DNA of 64,000 nt, taken from sequence record OP557969.1; one strand, 5' to 3'. The stretch is from Escherichia phage ph0011. This document shows, in pieces, positions 9,685-22,093 of the stretch. Both the position numbers and the translations under genes were made by a program. Under the pieces are notes generated by a model that was not told the origin of the DNA, did no database searches, and worked only from the letters and a program-made list of their open reading frames with translations. Each line of letters opens with the position of its first letter. The stretch's first letter is position 1.

Positions 9685-9953
9685 TGACGAAAGAAGAAAT
9701 GAAATCTCGCTTAAGCGAACTGAAGAAAGAACGCAAACTAGTCCGTTTGGACTGGGACATTCTTAACAAAAAAGATGAGCAATCATATGCTAACTGGAGT
9801 TCTGATAAAGTTCGCAATGAACGTAGTAAAGAAGACAACAAACAGTTTATGGCACTGTCCAAGCGTTTATCTTCATTGAACAGTGAGATTACTGGTCTTC
9901 AAAAGGAAATTATTTCAATTCTTCGAGCGGAAATTAACTCACTATATGAATAA
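9684..9953 (+). CDS. hypothetical coiled-coil protein
   Basis: 89 aa, K/E-rich heptad-like. Confidence 0.45.
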   Translation: MTKEEMKSRLSELKKERKLVRLDWDILNKKDEQSYANWSSDKVRNERSKEDNKQFMALSKRLSSLNSEITGLQKEIISILRAEINSLYE

Positions 9954-10242
9954 ACATGAAGTATTAGTATTAGATAATAAATTCTATGTACCAAATGATG
10001 ATAGTACTGAAACATATTATCTAATTAATAAAATTATGACTGAAACTAATACTTGTTGTCGTCAAATCCCAGGAAAATATGAGTTCAGTCAGTCTATTGG
10101 CTATTATCGTTATAATCCATTGGAATCATTTACAATTGACGTGTTGAAAATCATTGACATTCTTGTACAGAATGGGTATAATGAAAAACATGTAAATAAC
10201 TCAGAGTTACCAGTTTCAAAAATCGTTATTTCTAATAATTAG
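9946..10242 (+). CDS. hypothetical protein
   Basis: start at MNKHEVLVL overlapping previous stop. Confidence 0.4.
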   Translation: MNKHEVLVLDNKFYVPNDDSTETYYLINKIMTETNTCCRQIPGKYEFSQSIGYYRYNPLESFTIDVLKIIDILVQNGYNEKHVNNSELPVSKIVISNN

Positions 10243-10244
10243 AA

Positions 10245-10273
10245 TTGGATAATAACAGATGATGTGATATAAT
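10245..10273 (+). promoter_or_regulatory. candidate promoter
   Basis: TTGGAT-N17-TATAAT. Confidence 0.35.
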
Positions 10274-10356
10274 GTTTTTATCGGCAGATGTTAAAATGCA
10301 AACCATTCCTCAATGATGAGGGTTTTTTCATTAAAAAGAAATAAAAGGGTATTAAA

Positions 10357-10566
10357 ATGGCTAAAGAAATTCACGCACAAGTACTAGATATCACCGACTT
10401 CGACCGCACTGTGAACTACATTCAATTCCAGATTCATCAAGCTGAAGAAGCTCTTGCTGCATTCCATGGTACTGGTGCAAGGCCAATCCGTTTTGCTCAC
10501 CTAGTTGCATGGAAGAAAAGTCTACAAGAAGAACTGTCTGAAATGCGTAAAGCAAATCGTAAGTAA
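10357..10566 (+). CDS. small hypothetical protein (GC-richer than neighbours)
   Basis: 69-aa ORF between two hairpins, AAGGG RBS. Confidence 0.45.
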   Translation: MAKEIHAQVLDITDFDRTVNYIQFQIHQAEEALAAFHGTGARPIRFAHLVAWKKSLQEELSEMRKANRK

Positions 10567-10574
10567 TCTGTTTT

Positions 10575-10605
10575 CGCCCCATCAATTTTGGTGGGGCATT
10601 TTAAT
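10575..10605 (+). terminator. rho-independent terminator
   Basis: GCCCCATCAATTTTGGTGGGGCATTTT. Confidence 0.6.
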
Positions 10606-10629
10606 CACATAAATCAAGAGGATTAACAC

Positions 10630-11136
10630 ATGAGTATCGAGTATTGGTTTTTGTTTGTGTGTATTGGAACACTTGCATTAATTACAATTGGATTAATTTT
10701 TAATACAATGATTACTGGAAGTAAGTACTTTAAAACATTCCAGCTTTTAATGTCAGCTATGCCATATAGTGCAGAAGCCGAAAAAACAATTTCTCTAATT
10801 TTAGATAAGTTCGATGCAAATCTGTTAGTTGCGAAAATTTCGGATTGTAATACAAATATGGTATTTTATTCTACCGTCGATGAATCAGGTACAAAATATG
10901 ACAAATGTACATCTCCTATAGTTGCTGAAATTTTTATTGGTTCAAAATATTATGCTTACGGGTATGTAAGAAAATATTATTCTGAAGCAAAAGCTGAGTT
11001 AACGAAGAAACGCCCATCGGTAAAAACATTAAAACGTATCATTGCGTTGGAAAATAAACTTCGTGGCGAAATTAATACAAATGAACCACCATCAGTAATT
11101 AAATCAAAAAATAATATTGTCGTGGAGTTAGAATGA
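10630..11136 (+). CDS. membrane-anchored hypothetical protein
   Basis: 168 aa, N-terminal TM. Confidence 0.5.
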   Translation: MSIEYWFLFVCIGTLALITIGLIFNTMITGSKYFKTFQLLMSAMPYSAEAEKTISLILDKFDANLLVAKISDCNTNMVFYSTVDESGTKYDKCTSPIVAEIFIGSKYYAYGYVRKYYSEAKAELTKKRPSVKTLKRIIALENKLRGEINTNEPPSVIKSKNNIVVELE

Positions 11137-11137
11137 G

Positions 11138-11425
11138 ATGCACCCTGAAAAATCAAAACAAATCCTTATTGATGTACAAGCTAAATTATTAGATGTTATG
11201 AAAATCATCGATGAGTTACCACAGGGTTATAAGTACAAAGTTCGTGAGATGTTATCGTGTGCCGAAACTGTTGTTTCTATGTATGATGATGTACAGAACG
11301 GAATTATTCCTGATATTTTAAACGATGATGTTAATAATACCGAAGTGAAAGAGACTATCACAGAAACAGAAAATGTATCTAATAAAAAAGTTCTTGATAT
11401 TAGTGGTATAAAAATTAATATCTAA
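11138..11425 (+). CDS. hypothetical protein
   Basis: ORF 95 aa. Confidence 0.45.
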   Translation: MHPEKSKQILIDVQAKLLDVMKIIDELPQGYKYKVREMLSCAETVVSMYDDVQNGIIPDILNDDVNNTEVKETITETENVSNKKVLDISGIKINI

Positions 11426-11553
11426 AATATTCAATAAGAGAATTAATGAATTATTAAATAGTTAGATATCAAAACACATACATTCGTAGTTACGTCCAAA
11501 AAATCACTTTATGTTACCCAGTCATGTACTGGGTATTTTTTTAAGGAAATAAA

Positions 11554-11946
11554 ATGACTGAATCAGAACTACATGAAATGATAGATTTCATTTATGAAAT
11601 GATACAAGATAAAAATATCATTAATACAATTACTTCTGGTCCAAGACAAATTGGTAATCAAATGACATATTCTTTATCTTTATGGATAAACCAGAACTAC
11701 AAAGTTGATTGTTTGTATTTCCGTCCTGATATTGATGCTTATTATTTTGTCAATCATGATGCATTAATGAAACCACATAAGCGTCCAGTTGATGATAACT
11801 TTGTGACACACCCATTTTACCTTGCTGAATCAGAGGAAGATGAGTTTCAAAAGAACACAACGTTAAGCCCAGGTGAAATTTGCATCCCTTACACACTAAA
11901 AGATAAAATGATTTACATCACAGAAGTTATGAAAACATGCTGGTAA
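11554..11946 (+). CDS. EExFQ motif family protein (divergent)
   Basis: motif EDEFQKNTTLSPGEI. Confidence 0.45.
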   Translation: MTESELHEMIDFIYEMIQDKNIINTITSGPRQIGNQMTYSLSLWINQNYKVDCLYFRPDIDAYYFVNHDALMKPHKRPVDDNFVTHPFYLAESEEDEFQKNTTLSPGEICIPYTLKDKMIYITEVMKTCW

Positions 11947-11993
11947 GTGCAATGAAACTCAGATATAATACTATGACTTACTAAGGAGAACAT

Positions 11994-12563
11994 ATGAACT
12001 TTATTAAATTCAACACATCTGAGTCAGAAGCATACTTTAATACAAATAATAAATTTAATATTATTCTTAAAGACGGAACGGTTGTTATCGGAGTATCATT
12101 GCTTTCATTTGATGGCGAAAAACTCGAAACTGTTTATAAATTCACCAATCTTGATGGTGATTATTGGGATACATCAGATGTATCTAAAATTTGCACACAT
12201 TATGTATTTGAATCTATTGAAGTTGGTGATGGCTGGGCATTGACCTGCAATGGTAATAAAGTATTTTCTGGTAACATATTTGGGGTAATTTCCAGTAAAG
12301 AAATAGTAGACCATCATCTTCATGTTCTCAATAATAACGCCAACACTTATACACCTGATAATATCAAAATTCACGATATTGTAACATATATTGATTATAA
12401 TGGTTTCAGACATAAAGCAATTGTAACTGAAATTAAAAAACCAAAAAATTATTTCGATCACGGTTTGATTGAAGTATATATGGTAGGTGGCGAAAAACAA
12501 TACTTTGAACATTTCACTTATACTGGTTGGGATAGATTCCTAACCGTTATTGAGGAATACTAA
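11994..12563 (+). CDS. hypothetical protein
   Basis: ORF 189 aa, AGGAG RBS. Confidence 0.5.
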   Translation: MNFIKFNTSESEAYFNTNNKFNIILKDGTVVIGVSLLSFDGEKLETVYKFTNLDGDYWDTSDVSKICTHYVFESIEVGDGWALTCNGNKVFSGNIFGVISSKEIVDHHLHVLNNNANTYTPDNIKIHDIVTYIDYNGFRHKAIVTEIKKPKNYFDHGLIEVYMVGGEKQYFEHFTYTGWDRFLTVIEEY

Positions 12564-12564
12564 C

Positions 12565-13053
12565 ATGCCGATTCGTGGTGTACCAGACCCAATACGTGAA
12601 ATTCTTAAGCACATTCGCATTGAAACACTAGAAGTTAACATGCGTCGTTATAATATATATTACTTTAAAACTTCCGAAATGAGTTCTGTACAGATTGTCA
12701 TTGGTACATCTATTAAGATTACTCGTGTACTTGATGGCAGTACTGACTTTGTTGAATACAACGTACTTACTAATAAAGTAACACATACATATAAATGGAG
12801 TGGATATAAAACTATTAAATATGAGTTTGACTTAGCTAGAACCGAAGAAGAACGATTCATGTTGAGTACTATAAATCCAGAAAACTATCCTGACATTGAT
12901 ACATTTTTGCTAATTTTAAAATTGTATAATAAAGCAAATGAGAAAGCTAAAGAGTACAATAGAATCATGTATGAACGCAAAAAAGAACGTGTACAAAAAA
13001 GTTATGATCTGTATGATAACCCATACGTGAAATATAGTAAGGGAAAGAAATGA
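12565..13053 (+). CDS. EExFFQxST motif family protein
   Basis: motif EERFMLSTINPEN; start at MPIRGV. Confidence 0.5.
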   Translation: MPIRGVPDPIREILKHIRIETLEVNMRRYNIYYFKTSEMSSVQIVIGTSIKITRVLDGSTDFVEYNVLTNKVTHTYKWSGYKTIKYEFDLARTEEERFMLSTINPENYPDIDTFLLILKLYNKANEKAKEYNRIMYERKKERVQKSYDLYDNPYVKYSKGKK

Positions 13054-13454
13054 ATAATGAAGTTCAAATTATCATTACTCCACCTATACAAAGTCTGGAT
13101 GTAACCATTAGCGATTTTTTGGAAAAATACTATGAATGGTTTAATGAAGATTCAGTCATTTATAACCATTCATTAACGGATGGTTTTGTTGAGCTTATTG
13201 AATTAAATTCCAAATCGCTATATTTCTGTGTCGAATACAATGATTATATGACCGATGAAGCATATCGCTTTCGTTGTACATTATATCCTAACCATTTTTC
13301 TATTGGTTATAAAGACTATCAGTACTGTACCACTAACTATAGTGAAGAGGAAGAATTTCAGTACAATTTACTTTATCCAGATTTGGATTATACTATCGCA
13401 GTACTGTTGTCTAAAATCATGGATTTTTATAAAGGTAAATGTAATGCAACCTAA
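13050..13454 (+). CDS. EExFQ motif family protein (divergent)
   Basis: motif EEEFQYNLLYPDLDY. Confidence 0.45.
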   Translation: MNNEVQIIITPPIQSLDVTISDFLEKYYEWFNEDSVIYNHSLTDGFVELIELNSKSLYFCVEYNDYMTDEAYRFRCTLYPNHFSIGYKDYQYCTTNYSEEEEFQYNLLYPDLDYTIAVLLSKIMDFYKGKCNAT

Positions 13455-13625
13455 AACATTCGATGAGTGGTATCAAATACATTACAATATAAATGCAGCA
13501 GATATATACTATTTTAAGCTTGAATTGTATATATCATTGCGTGACCCAGTTGAGTACTATAACAACATTATCAATTGTGATGATTTTGGTACATATTTTA
13601 GCATTGCAGTTATGGATAAAATAAG

Positions 13626-13808
13626 ATGACACACAAAGAATGGTTAGATGAACTAAAGTTCAAACATGATCATTTTGGTCTTGGTATACGCCAGGGTCAT
13701 TATGATGTGTTAAAAGATAAACAACTTTTCAAATCATTTGTACTTGATGAGGATAGTAATCACTGGTACATCTATGAGCTTGCGGTTAGAGACAAAAAAA
13801 TTGACTAG
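13626..13808 (+). CDS. MTHxEW small-protein family member
   Basis: MTHKEWLDELKF...YIYELAVRD; paralog of 14354/15611/15772/15933. Confidence 0.5.
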   Translation: MTHKEWLDELKFKHDHFGLGIRQGHYDVLKDKQLFKSFVLDEDSNHWYIYELAVRDKKID

Positions 13809-13853
13809 TACTGATATATATGCTATTGTTTTGTTTTAAACAGGAGAACAATA

Positions 13854-14357
13854 ATGCTCATTACGCATGTACCGGAAAGTATTACTGAGATTTTAAGTAA
13901 AATTAATGTTAATGAATTTGAACGAACAGTTCGAAAACAAGGTACTTATCACTATAAGCACAAAGATGGTGAACATCAAATAAGCTTAGATCAGAATTAT
14001 CAAACTCTAACAATTAAAATGGTTACTCGCTGGAATTTTATTCGTAAAGATACTATTATCTGTGATTTTGGTAAAAGACTACTTAGAAAATGTTTCTCTG
14101 AAACAAATGGTATCTATCCAAACCCGAATAGAATTTTCACATATAAATACATCACAGATGAAGATGTACATTTTCAAGAGAGTTTGGTATGTGATAATAA
14201 GTACTTTCCCGCATTTTCAGATAATTTGAAGTTAAAAGAACTATATAACTATTTCTTAAACGACAATATTCAGTGGGATGAAGAATTAAAACAACGACAG
14301 ATAGAACGTGAAAAGAAAAAAGTCTGGACTGGTTCACATTGGATGCAACGTAAATGA
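13854..14357 (+). CDS. EExFFQxS motif family protein (divergent)
   Basis: motif DVHFQESLVCDNKYF. Confidence 0.45.
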   Translation: MLITHVPESITEILSKINVNEFERTVRKQGTYHYKHKDGEHQISLDQNYQTLTIKMVTRWNFIRKDTIICDFGKRLLRKCFSETNGIYPNPNRIFTYKYITDEDVHFQESLVCDNKYFPAFSDNLKLKELYNYFLNDNIQWDEELKQRQIEREKKKVWTGSHWMQRK

Positions 14358-14524
14358 CACATGAAGAATGGATGTCTATTATGAAAGAACGATATGATCT
14401 GTTTGGGAATGGATTTCGTGATGGTCATTACGATATTTTACGAGACAAACAACAGTTCGATTTATATGTACTAGATGAGGATGGAAATCGATGGTTCATA
14501 TATGAGCTTGCATTTAGGGAATAG
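14354..14524 (+). CDS. MTHxEW small-protein family member
   Basis: MTHEEWMSIMKERYDLFGNGFRDGHYDILRDKQQF...FIYELAFRE. Confidence 0.5.
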   Translation: MTHEEWMSIMKERYDLFGNGFRDGHYDILRDKQQFDLYVLDEDGNRWFIYELAFRE

Positions 14525-14534
14525 AAGATATATT

Positions 14535-14827
<293 letters not shown>

Positions 14828-14834
14828 TTTTTCA

Positions 14835-14862
14835 TTGACAACCTCAGTATATTTGCTATAAT
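14835..14862 (+). promoter_or_regulatory. sigma70-type early promoter
   Basis: TTGACA-N16-TATAAT. Confidence 0.55.
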
Positions 14863-14897
14863 CACTTCAGATGAATAAATCCACGAGGTATCCAAAA

Positions 14898-15098
14898 ATG
14901 ACCAAAGCAGAACTTGTTGCATTATTGGAATCATACCCTGATGATGCATGTATTGAAGTTGTACATACTGCACGACATTTTGACATTGAAGATGTAGTAC
15001 GTTATAATGATAAAGGTGTACCAATAATGGAACTGTGTATTGGTGAAGTGAAAACTGTACCTGAATCGGAAAAACGTAAAAAAATTAATCAGGAGTAA
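14898..15098 (+). CDS. hypothetical protein
   Basis: ORF from MTKAELVALLE. Confidence 0.45.
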   Translation: MTKAELVALLESYPDDACIEVVHTARHFDIEDVVRYNDKGVPIMELCIGEVKTVPESEKRKKINQE

Positions 15099-15102
15099 TA
15101 TT

Positions 15103-15375
15103 ATGCATTTTGAAAAATTCAACACAAGTCGTGACACACGCATTGATGCTCTTTATGAAACCCAAGACTCAATTAGTATTCGTACATGTAGTGGTGATGT
15201 ATATCATGACTGTACTATTGGTTGGGAACAGGGAAGAACACGTAGTGCAGAATTCGATAACTATCGCTTCTACCAAGGGGACACCACAATCTGGCCTGAA
15301 GACGTAGAAGATATTGCAATTGAAGATGAACATAAAGATGAATTTATCAAATTTAATCCCGAAACCGAATCATAA
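15103..15375 (+). CDS. hypothetical protein
   Basis: ORF 90 aa, GGAG RBS. Confidence 0.45.
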   Translation: MHFEKFNTSRDTRIDALYETQDSISIRTCSGDVYHDCTIGWEQGRTRSAEFDNYRFYQGDTTIWPEDVEDIAIEDEHKDEFIKFNPETES

Positions 15376-15389
15376 ATAACGGGACAACA

Positions 15390-15506
<117 letters not shown>

Positions 15507-15511
15507 AAAAG

Positions 15512-15585
15512 ACGGGGTATAGCACAATTGGATAGTGCAAGAGAATTCTAATCTCTAGGTTGGGGGTTCAAGTCCCTCTACCTCG
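15512..15585 (+). tRNA. tRNA-Arg (anticodon TCT)
   Basis: acceptor CGGGGTA/TACCTCG (one G-U), D stem GCAC/GTGC, anticodon stem AGAGA/TCTCT loop ATTCTAA, T arm GGGGG-TTCAAGT-CCCTC. Confidence 0.7.
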
Positions 15586-15610
15586 GCCTACTTTAATTAA
15601 AGGTTAAACC

Positions 15611-15775
15611 ATGACGCATGAAGAATGGATGAATGACATTAATTTTAGATATGCAGGTATCGGTAACTGGAGAAAGTATCATTGGGAAATCATATCAGAC
15701 CCAGCAGAATACGATAAACTTATGAATCATGAAGTGTATCCGTGGTTCTTTATTGAAATAATGGTACGATTATGA
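15611..15775 (+). CDS. MTHxEW small-protein family member
   Basis: MTHEEWMNDINFRYAGIGNWRKYHWEI...; ATGA overlap. Confidence 0.45.
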   Translation: MTHEEWMNDINFRYAGIGNWRKYHWEIISDPAEYDKLMNHEVYPWFFIEIMVRL

Positions 15776-15932
15776 CACATGAAGAATGGATGAATGACAT
15801 TAATTTTAGATATTCGGGTATCGGTAAATGGCTAAAGTATCATTGGGAATTCATTTCAGAGCCACATCTGTATGATAAACTTATCAACGATTCTGCATAT
15901 AAAATGTACTTAATTGAACTACTGGTACGAAT

Positions 15933-15936
<4 letters not shown>
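15772..15936 (+). CDS. MTHxEW small-protein family member
   Basis: MTHEEWMNDINFRYSGIGKWLKYHWEF... Confidence 0.45.
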
Positions 15937-16105
<169 letters not shown>

Positions 16106-16108
16106 AAG

Positions 16109-16553
<445 letters not shown>

Positions 16554-16581
16554 GTATCTTAATAACAGAAGGTATATTGAA

Positions 16582-16821
16582 ATGAGTAAGTATTTTGTGA
16601 GTTATAGTTATAATGTATCACGAAAGATTCCACGTGGTGACGGAATGGGATGGTCTTATGATGCATATACTTTAAATGAGTCATGTATCATCGAATTAAA
16701 AGAAAAAGACCTTGACATTTTAAAAATCAAACAATATATTCTTGATGTTGAATTGGCACATCGTACTGATATCTATCCAGATGTAAATAACATCAGCATC
16801 TTAGTACTAACCAAAGTATAA
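16582..16821 (+). CDS. hypothetical protein
   Basis: start MSKYFVSY after AAGG. Confidence 0.45.
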   Translation: MSKYFVSYSYNVSRKIPRGDGMGWSYDAYTLNESCIIELKEKDLDILKIKQYILDVELAHRTDIYPDVNNISILVLTKV

Positions 16822-16827
16822 GATAAA

Positions 16828-16861
<34 letters not shown>

Positions 16862-17215
16862 GAATTCCACAATCAGACGTATATGGTGTAAGTTACGTCG
16901 ATGCAATCCAGAACAAGATCTCTGGTACTCTAGGAAGTGGTTAATGTTAACCTAGACGGGTTTGATAATTGGACGATAGGCAATTATTACTTGACTAGCA
17001 GGTTTAAACTAGAGGTGACTATCCTTCACCAAACTGGAAAACCGGATGGACTTTTATTTAAAAGGGTAAGGCGTGGAAATATGTTTACAGTAGTTGCTTT
17101 TAGTAGCCTGTACGCCCCACGTCAAGGTAGCCGAAAGGCAAGTTAAAACGGGTGGTTATAAAGCTGAATTAACAGCGGCGTTTAAAAGCGTCACCATCCA
17201 TTTTTTTTAATTAAA
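16862..17215 (+). ncRNA. candidate structured stable RNA(s), unclassified
   Basis: ~350 nt directly downstream of an early promoter, ending in a T-run, with no RBS-associated ORF and locally higher GC; sits in the tRNA cluster. Confidence 0.35.
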
Positions 17216-17224
17216 GTTGGTGAT

Positions 17225-17863
<639 letters not shown>

Positions 17864-17882
17864 CTTTTTAATTTAAAAGTAC

Positions 17883-17910
17883 TTTACTGTAGTGTTTAGT
17901 ACCGTATAAT
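17883..17910 (+). promoter_or_regulatory. candidate early promoter
   Basis: TTTACT-N16-TATAAT. Confidence 0.45.
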
Positions 17911-17936
17911 GTAAACAAAAGGATAAAATAAAACTC

Positions 17937-18461
<525 letters not shown>

Positions 18462-18483
18462 TTAAAAAATCAGTACTTTATTA

Positions 18484-18697
<214 letters not shown>

Positions 18698-18720
18698 TCA
18701 TTGCACTCTTCTCTTGTAAT

Positions 18721-18868
<148 letters not shown>

Positions 18869-18889
18869 TTCACATGATATAGGGTACAC

Positions 18890-19147
<258 letters not shown>

Positions 19148-19163
19148 ATAAAAAGAACGAAAA

Positions 19164-19205
<42 letters not shown>

Positions 19206-19215
19206 GATTCCCGAT

Positions 19216-19342
<127 letters not shown>

Positions 19343-19361
19343 AGAGGTACTTCGAGTATGC

Positions 19362-19417
<56 letters not shown>

Positions 19418-19436
19418 AACTACTTTTTAATTGACG

Positions 19437-19487
<51 letters not shown>

Positions 19488-19504
19488 TACAACCGACAAT
19501 GACT

Positions 19505-19571
<67 letters not shown>

Positions 19572-19746
19572 GAAGAAACTGCTAAACAGCTTGAAGAACT
19601 TTGTAGTGCTGCACCGATGCCGACTCTTGGCTTAATCAAGTTGATGCGTCGAAATAAGAAAAATTTAAAATAATACAGTAAGATGGCCTCCCCTCCATAT
19701 CATGAGAGTATAGAGACTTGTTGGTTATCTTACTTTTAAACAAACT

Positions 19747-19820
19747 GCCTCAATAGCAAAATTGGTAATGCACACGTTTTGTAAGCGTGAGATTTTTCCG
19801 TTCGAGTCGGAATTGGGGCA
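19747..19820 (+). tRNA. candidate tRNA-Thr (anticodon TGT)
   Basis: acceptor GCCTCAA/TTGGGGC (one U-G), anticodon stem CACGT/GCGTG loop TTTGTAA, T arm TTCCG-TTCGAGT-CGGAA; 6-nt variable loop is atypical. Confidence 0.5.
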
Positions 19821-19837
19821 CAAAATAAAGGCACACT

Positions 19838-20254
19838 ATGACATACAATATTGTTAAAATGGTGAACTATGTATTAAAAAACAACTCATGGTCACTGCAT
19901 GATGTACAATTAGAAGATATTGGTGAAGTTAGAGTATTTTGCTATGATGAAGAATTGAATGAAACCACTGATTTGAATAAATGTTTTAATATTTTTCTTG
20001 GTTATGAAATCAATGATCATTTTTATTCATTTGATGTGTATTTTGAAAAAGTTAAAATCAGAATTTCTAATGTAAATAGTGATTATTTTGACACTAGAAT
20101 TGAATTGAATTTTGACGATATTGATACTGAAGAAAAATTCTTTCAGTACTGCCTCGTAAACGACCTAAATGGCTTGACATTTGAGGACATTAGTGCTATA
20201 CTTAAAGTTCAAAGATTGATTCCAGAAGAGGTTTCAAATCCGTTTAATGACTAG
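19838..20254 (+). CDS. EExFFQxST motif family protein
   Basis: motif EEKFFQYCLVNDLNGLTFEDI. Confidence 0.55.
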   Translation: MTYNIVKMVNYVLKNNSWSLHDVQLEDIGEVRVFCYDEELNETTDLNKCFNIFLGYEINDHFYSFDVYFEKVKIRISNVNSDYFDTRIELNFDDIDTEEKFFQYCLVNDLNGLTFEDISAILKVQRLIPEEVSNPFND

Positions 20255-20612
20255 TTTAATAACTCGTATAATGCAAGATGTTCATAGGAATCTTTATACT
20301 GGTAATTTTGATGATCCTAACATAAAAATATTATGTTATGATGGGTTCACACTAGTACACCCATTAGAATCTAATAATATATACATAGCATATAATTCAC
20401 CTAATCTTTTGTATCAATTTGATTTATATAGTACATTAGCGAAAGTAATCTTAGATGTTTCTAAGGAGCCATTTTTTATTGCAGTACGTGATTTTGAGTA
20501 CACAGAAGAATCATTATTCCAGTACTCGATGATAAATGATATTGGTGACTTGACATTAGAAGAAATAAATGCAATAGTTGGTGTGTGTCGTTTGATTAAT
20601 ACCCACAATTAG
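20247..20612 (+). CDS. EExFFQxST motif family protein
   Basis: motif EESLFQYSMINDIGDLTLEEI. Confidence 0.55.
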   Translation: MTSLITRIMQDVHRNLYTGNFDDPNIKILCYDGFTLVHPLESNNIYIAYNSPNLLYQFDLYSTLAKVILDVSKEPFFIAVRDFEYTEESLFQYSMINDIGDLTLEEINAIVGVCRLINTHN

Positions 20613-20621
20613 GAGATTCAT

Positions 20622-20813
20622 ATGTTCTGGAATTTATTATGCTTGTTTGGTCGTACATTAGTTCTTGCAATTATTCATACACCTGGCATTCGTAATTATG
20701 TTTCTTATGAATTTAAGAAAAATTATCACAACAATACTGAAGATCGTGCAACTAAGATGTGCAAAGACTTCAATGTAGATGTTCCACCATTCAAGAAGTA
20801 CGAGGATGAATAA
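20622..20813 (+). CDS. small hypothetical protein
   Basis: ORF 63 aa. Confidence 0.35.
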   Translation: MFWNLLCLFGRTLVLAIIHTPGIRNYVSYEFKKNYHNNTEDRATKMCKDFNVDVPPFKKYEDE

Positions 20814-21097
20814 TGGAATTTATTGTTGCACCTGATGAACTAAAAACATTCACGTTCCGAGACAATAACAATTATCCTTATACAAATCATTCATTGAATT
20901 CATTACATGTTATTTCAATCATTGCATCTGAATACAGAGACAATCCATGTATTGATTTTAAAACCACTGATGGTGAATATACATGGGTGATCCCAAAAGA
21001 TAAATATAGTTATCAAGGGGCAGTAGAAATTCGCGACTCGATTCTACAGCAAATTGAAGATGGACATACTCATCCTAAACTAAACATTCAGTACTGA
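20813..21097 (+). CDS. hypothetical protein
   Basis: ORF 94 aa. Confidence 0.45.
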   Translation: MEFIVAPDELKTFTFRDNNNYPYTNHSLNSLHVISIIASEYRDNPCIDFKTTDGEYTWVIPKDKYSYQGAVEIRDSILQQIEDGHTHPKLNIQY

Positions 21098-21214
21098 AAT
21101 CGCTTATCAGAATAACTTCTAATAATAATTATTTTTCTCTACTATCTAACAGTATTTTACAAGAATTCTGTATTTTTGAAGTTGATTTTTGAACTTCTTA
21201 TATGTTATACTTAC

Positions 21215-21245
21215 GGCTGATTCAATTATGAATCAGCCTTTTTTC
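21215..21245 (+). terminator. rho-independent terminator
   Basis: GGCTGATTCAATTATGAATCAGCCTTTTTT. Confidence 0.6.
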
Positions 21246-21262
21246 TTATGAGGATTAATATA

Positions 21263-21679
21263 ATGAATAGAGAAGTTATTAGTTTAATGGATGAGTATAT
21301 AAACCAAACGCATCGTTTGATATTTTTAAATGAATTCGAGTCCAGAACAACGTATTATTCTGGAGAATATGAGATAACGACTGGTTCATTTCTGAACGGA
21401 TATATGGAGTTTTTTGAACAAAGCGATAATGTTTTTATTTCCATATCTGAAAAACATGGTGATGGTTGTGTTATTGATGTATGGCCCAATAAAGTAGAGA
21501 TTGATACTTCACACAAAATTGTAATTGATGTAGACGAATCATTATATGATTTAACTGAAGATATGTATATGCAGCTAAATTTTGTATATGACCTAACTAA
21601 TATAAGTTATTGTAATTTAAGTAAATTATTTTATATTTGTGGCGTATTACATAATAATACACAACAAAATAAAGGATAA
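21263..21679 (+). CDS. hypothetical protein
   Basis: start MNREVISL after GAGGA. Confidence 0.45.
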   Translation: MNREVISLMDEYINQTHRLIFLNEFESRTTYYSGEYEITTGSFLNGYMEFFEQSDNVFISISEKHGDGCVIDVWPNKVEIDTSHKIVIDVDESLYDLTEDMYMQLNFVYDLTNISYCNLSKLFYICGVLHNNTQQNKG

Positions 21680-21687
21680 ACATTTAA

Positions 21688-22092
21688 ATGTTGAAAATTC
21701 CACAACAGGCATTATCTATACTAATTGAAAATGGTGTAATATTTTCTGAAGGATGTAGTTCATTCTATACATGTGATGTGGACCAGTACACATTTGAATA
21801 CCGTTCATTTAAAAATACATTGAGTGTTTCATGTGAAGCTTCTGACAACATTGTACTTGTCGTTTCTTTCTATGGTGTACCAAAATTCTTCATTGATATA
21901 TATTATGATTCTTTTAAGATACAAACATACGACCATTTTCTTGGTGAAGTGCTCTTGCAAATGCCAATTGAACATGTTACTATAAATGAAGATATGTTCT
22001 TTCAGCTATCTACTGTATATGATATGTGTGGTTTGACATTTGACAACATTAATGGTATTTTTGAAATTGCCAGAACCCTACGAGGAAGATGA
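21688..22092 (+). CDS. EExFFQxST motif family protein
   Basis: motif EDMFFQLSTVYDMCGLTFDNI. Confidence 0.55.
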   Translation: MLKIPQQALSILIENGVIFSEGCSSFYTCDVDQYTFEYRSFKNTLSVSCEASDNIVLVVSFYGVPKFFIDIYYDSFKIQTYDHFLGEVLLQMPIEHVTINEDMFFQLSTVYDMCGLTFDNINGIFEIARTLRGR

Positions 22093-22093
22093 T

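Noticed and set aside
16937-17146. 69-aa ORF inside the promoter-driven noncoding segment
   Set aside because: No Shine-Dalgarno sequence, atypical composition, and located where a stable RNA is expected; more likely noncoding.
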